Source: an uncultured archaeon
Lineage (GTDB): Archaea > Asgardarchaeota > Heimdallarchaeia > Heimdallarchaeales > Kariarchaeaceae
Assembly: GCA_964645535.1 (NCBI GenBank)
Contig: CAZYCQ010000047.1
Coordinates: 1-27,529, forward strand
Direction: 5' to 3'
DNA length: 27,529 nucleotides
A program made the position numbers and the translations under genes. This document shows positions 25,265 through 27,529 of the stretch, piece after piece (within the stretch, counting starts at the first letter, position 1; each line of letters starts with the position of its first letter). Under the pieces are notes generated by a model. The model was given only the letters and a program-made list of their open reading frames with translations. It was not told where the DNA came from and did not search any database.

Positions 25265-27529
25265 TCAATCAATGCATTTCTTTCTTTGTTTTCTTAGAAT
25301 AATCAAAACAAATACCGTTATTTCCAAAGGAAATCCGTCTAGGGTTATAGTTCTTGTTATTCCGGATTGAGATGTCTGATGGGTATCTCTGGATGTTTCT
25401 CCTGATTTTCCAACAACAGTGAAAACCACGCTATTATTAATTTCATTTCCAAAAGTATCCTTAAATTGGATTGTCACTGTATGATTTCCTGAGGGATTGG
25501 CAGTAAAGCCAAAGAAAATCGGTTGGTTTGAGTGCCAATTGGCGGTTGTTGTTTCTTGCCCATTCCAATAAATCCAATACGCCCCTGGATGCGCATCTAA
25601 TGCAGTCCAAGAAAGTTGATAATACTGACCTTCATCCAAAAAAATGTGGCTATTTGGTTTATCCACAATTCTAGGTGCCAGCGTATCTACAATGACAATG
25701 TCTTGTTCATCTGAAGGGAACCCTTCTCCATTCTTATTGACTCCTGTTACAATAAAAGAATAATGGGTTCCTACATCATATTGTGATGTGTTATAGGTGA
25801 AGGAATTTGTTTCTCCTGTTACGTTTGCTATGTTAGCATAAGATATACTAAATTCTGACTTATAGTATATCCTATATTGCAATATTTCTGGTCCCAAATA
25901 ATTTGGATCTGTATCCCATTCAAGGAATATCTGTGCTCCATCCTCATCTTGTGAAAGGGAAAACGATACCGGTGGTGGAAGGAGATAAGAAGGGTCGTAT
26001 GGCCTCATTTGAGGATAAGGGTCTGTAATGTTGAGTGTATGGTCATCGTTCCAAATAGGGTATGGTTTGTCTCCGATTCCATCATTGTCATCATCTGATC
26101 CTGAATAATCAATCCAGTAATTATAGGCAAATGTATGTGGAACATGAAAGTAATTCATTTGCGCTAATGTACCCCGCCCAACGAAATCGTTGTACATTAT
26201 TGTATTATTTTCACCATGAATGTTCGCTGCAATTTCCCTGTTCAAGGCAATTTCACTATGTCGAATATAGTTCTCATTACTTTGAAACAAGGAAATTCCT
26301 ATATAATTCTTGATCAGCAAGGCTTGAGTAATGTTGTTTCCATTGGATCTTTCCAAATAGAGTCCTGTTAAGCCATGCTCAACAACCGATAGGTTGGCGA
26401 TTTGATTATGGTCTGAAGAATATAGATAAAGTCCATATACCTTCATATTGCTGATATTGACATTATTTATCGTATTATAGTCTGAATCAATCATTCTTAC
26501 CCCTGTTGTTGTACCAGATATCCTGATATTGGCAATACTGGAATACTGGGTATTTACCATTAGAATACCTGCGTTATCAATGTCCGTGATGTTTACATCT
26601 TCAATCTTAATGTTTGAACTGTACCACAACTGGATCCGTACTGCATCCCCTCCTCTAATATCGGATCCTTGGATATGTATATTTTCGCTATTGAGAAAAA
26701 TAGCCTGTCCAAAGTTAATGTTGTCATAATTGAGATTGCTCTTATTCTGTAGAAATAGTAACGATGTGTTCCCTATTTTGTTTCCTGAAACCGTGGATTG
26801 AAATAGGTTGTCCATTTCCCCTCCAAGCGAAATCCCATCATTGAAAACATTCTCAACAATCGTGTTTGAAGGTGAATTGGAAAAATGTAGGCCATCTAGG
26901 TAATTTTTCTCAAACACATTATTTGGCGACGATTCCAGCAAAATAGGTTCGTCTGTCCCATTAAACCTGTTTGAAATAAAGGTGGTTGAATTTGACCCAT
27001 ATAACACCGCAGCACGTGAGGAATCGACAACTGTAGTGTTTTCCACTCGGATAGATTCACTGTAGAAAATATCAATGGCATCTCTCCCTCCTTTGACAAC
27101 CAAATCTTTCAATGTGATATTAAAAGAATTAATGATAATGGCCTGACCTATGGACTGATTAATAACTTTATTTTTTACATTTTCAAGATAGATAATTGGT
27201 AGACCTCTGATAGTGTTATTTTCAAATGTGTCTTGAACTACATTTTCAGGAGTCGGATTTTCATAAATTATCCCTCTATCAAATTCGCTGGATATAATGG
27301 AGTTTCTCGGTGAATCTATTGGAATTACTTCATAAAAATGAACCGTTCTCACCACGGTGCCTTCCGTGTCAATAAAATATAATCCTGAAGTCGCATTTGT
27401 GGCTTCAATTGTATTATTTGCAGCATTCATTAGAGAGATCCCCTCTATCGTTTCATTGATGACATTTCTTACAATTGTCAAGTTTTTTGAATCAAAAATG
27501 TCAATACCAATCAGACCATAATCATCATG
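25265..27529 (-). CDS. Cell-surface protein: NosD/right-handed beta-helix + FN3 + Ig-like domain + C-terminal anchor (5' end outside the window)
   Basis: G-I/L-x-L-x-x-S-x-x-N repeats; NYW.DY.G.DDDNDGIGD.PY...DPYP; FN3 pattern LEWD...YRIYY...YSFIVTGVN..GEG; Ig-like LSWTALDAHP; DGF-hydrophobic-RKQRKK. The frame is open to the window end. Confidence 0.88.
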   Translation of the reverse strand, partial: HDDYGLIGIDIFDSKNLTIVRNVINETIEGISLMNAANNTIEATNATSGLYFIDTEGTVVRTVHFYEVIPIDSPRNSIISSEFDRGIIYENPTPENVVQDTFENNTIRGLPIIYLENVKNKVINQSIGQAIIINSFNITLKDLVVKGGRDAIDIFYSESIRVENTTVVDSSRAAVLYGSNSTTFISNRFNGTDEPILLESSPNNVFEKNYLDGLHFSNSPSNTIVENVFNDGISLGGEMDNLFQSTVSGNKIGNTSLLFLQNKSNLNYDNINFGQAIFLNSENIHIQGSDIRGGDAVRIQLWYSSNIKIEDVNITDIDNAGILMVNTQYSSIANIRISGTTTGVRMIDSDYNTINNVNISNMKVYGLYLYSSDHNQIANLSVVEHGLTGLYLERSNGNNITQALLIKNYIGISLFQSNENYIRHSEIALNREIAANIHGENNTIMYNDFVGRGTLAQMNYFHVPHTFAYNYWIDYSGSDDDNDGIGDKPYPIWNDDHTLNITDPYPQMRPYDPSYLLPPPVSFSLSQDEDGAQIFLEWDTDPNYLGPEILQYRIYYKSEFSISYANIANVTGETNSFTYNTSQYDVGTHYSFIVTGVNKNGEGFPSDEQDIVIVDTLAPRIVDKPNSHIFLDEGQYYQLSWTALDAHPGAYWIYWNGQETTTANWHSNQPIFFGFTANPSGNHTVTIQFKDTFGNEINNSVVFTVVGKSGETSRDTHQTSQSGITRTITLDGFPLEITVFVLIILRKQRKKCID

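Noticed and set aside
17799-27529. Genomic island integrated at tRNA-Ala
   Set aside because: No integrase and no duplicate of the tRNA 3' end seen in the window; the downstream genes are ordinary metabolic or transport genes.
25265-27529. Nitrous oxide reductase maturation protein NosD proper
   Set aside because: Only the generic beta-helix is shared; the FN3/Ig/anchor architecture and the lack of nos genes indicate a surface protein.

Overview
Chromosomal window from an archaeon, most likely Asgard (Heimdallarchaeia-like). The taxonomy is inferred from the archaeal tRNA features, TATA-type promoters with apparently leaderless first genes, and an LRR/RING protein, longin-like proteins and a NosD-FN3-Ig surface protein; it was not confirmed by a search. 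The left third is the membrane arm of a complex I/Fpo-like enzyme: nuoH-J-K-L, then nuoM-N. nuoI is missing from its usual place, and an antisense Uma2-like PD-(D/E)XK nuclease gene splits the cluster. That gene's conserved ILSKST motif lies in a shifted reading frame. The rest is a mix of mostly single genes: a small Gly-rich amphipathic protein resembling the ATG2/VPS13 C-terminus, a DUF998 membrane protein, an SDR, a 784-aa LRR-zinc ribbon-RING protein, a HEPN-like protein, a longin-like protein, parvulin, a DUF4350-type surface protein, tRNA-Ala(CGC), an MFS transporter, a cytoplasmic-type alpha-carbonic anhydrase, a membrane protein, a GNAT, an orphan GltD/SudA-like oxidoreductase preceded by three copies of a 13-bp pseudo-palindrome, prolyl oligopeptidase, and a truncated beta-helix surface protein. 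No CRISPR array, rRNA or recognisable transposase was seen. All family calls come from reading motifs by eye.
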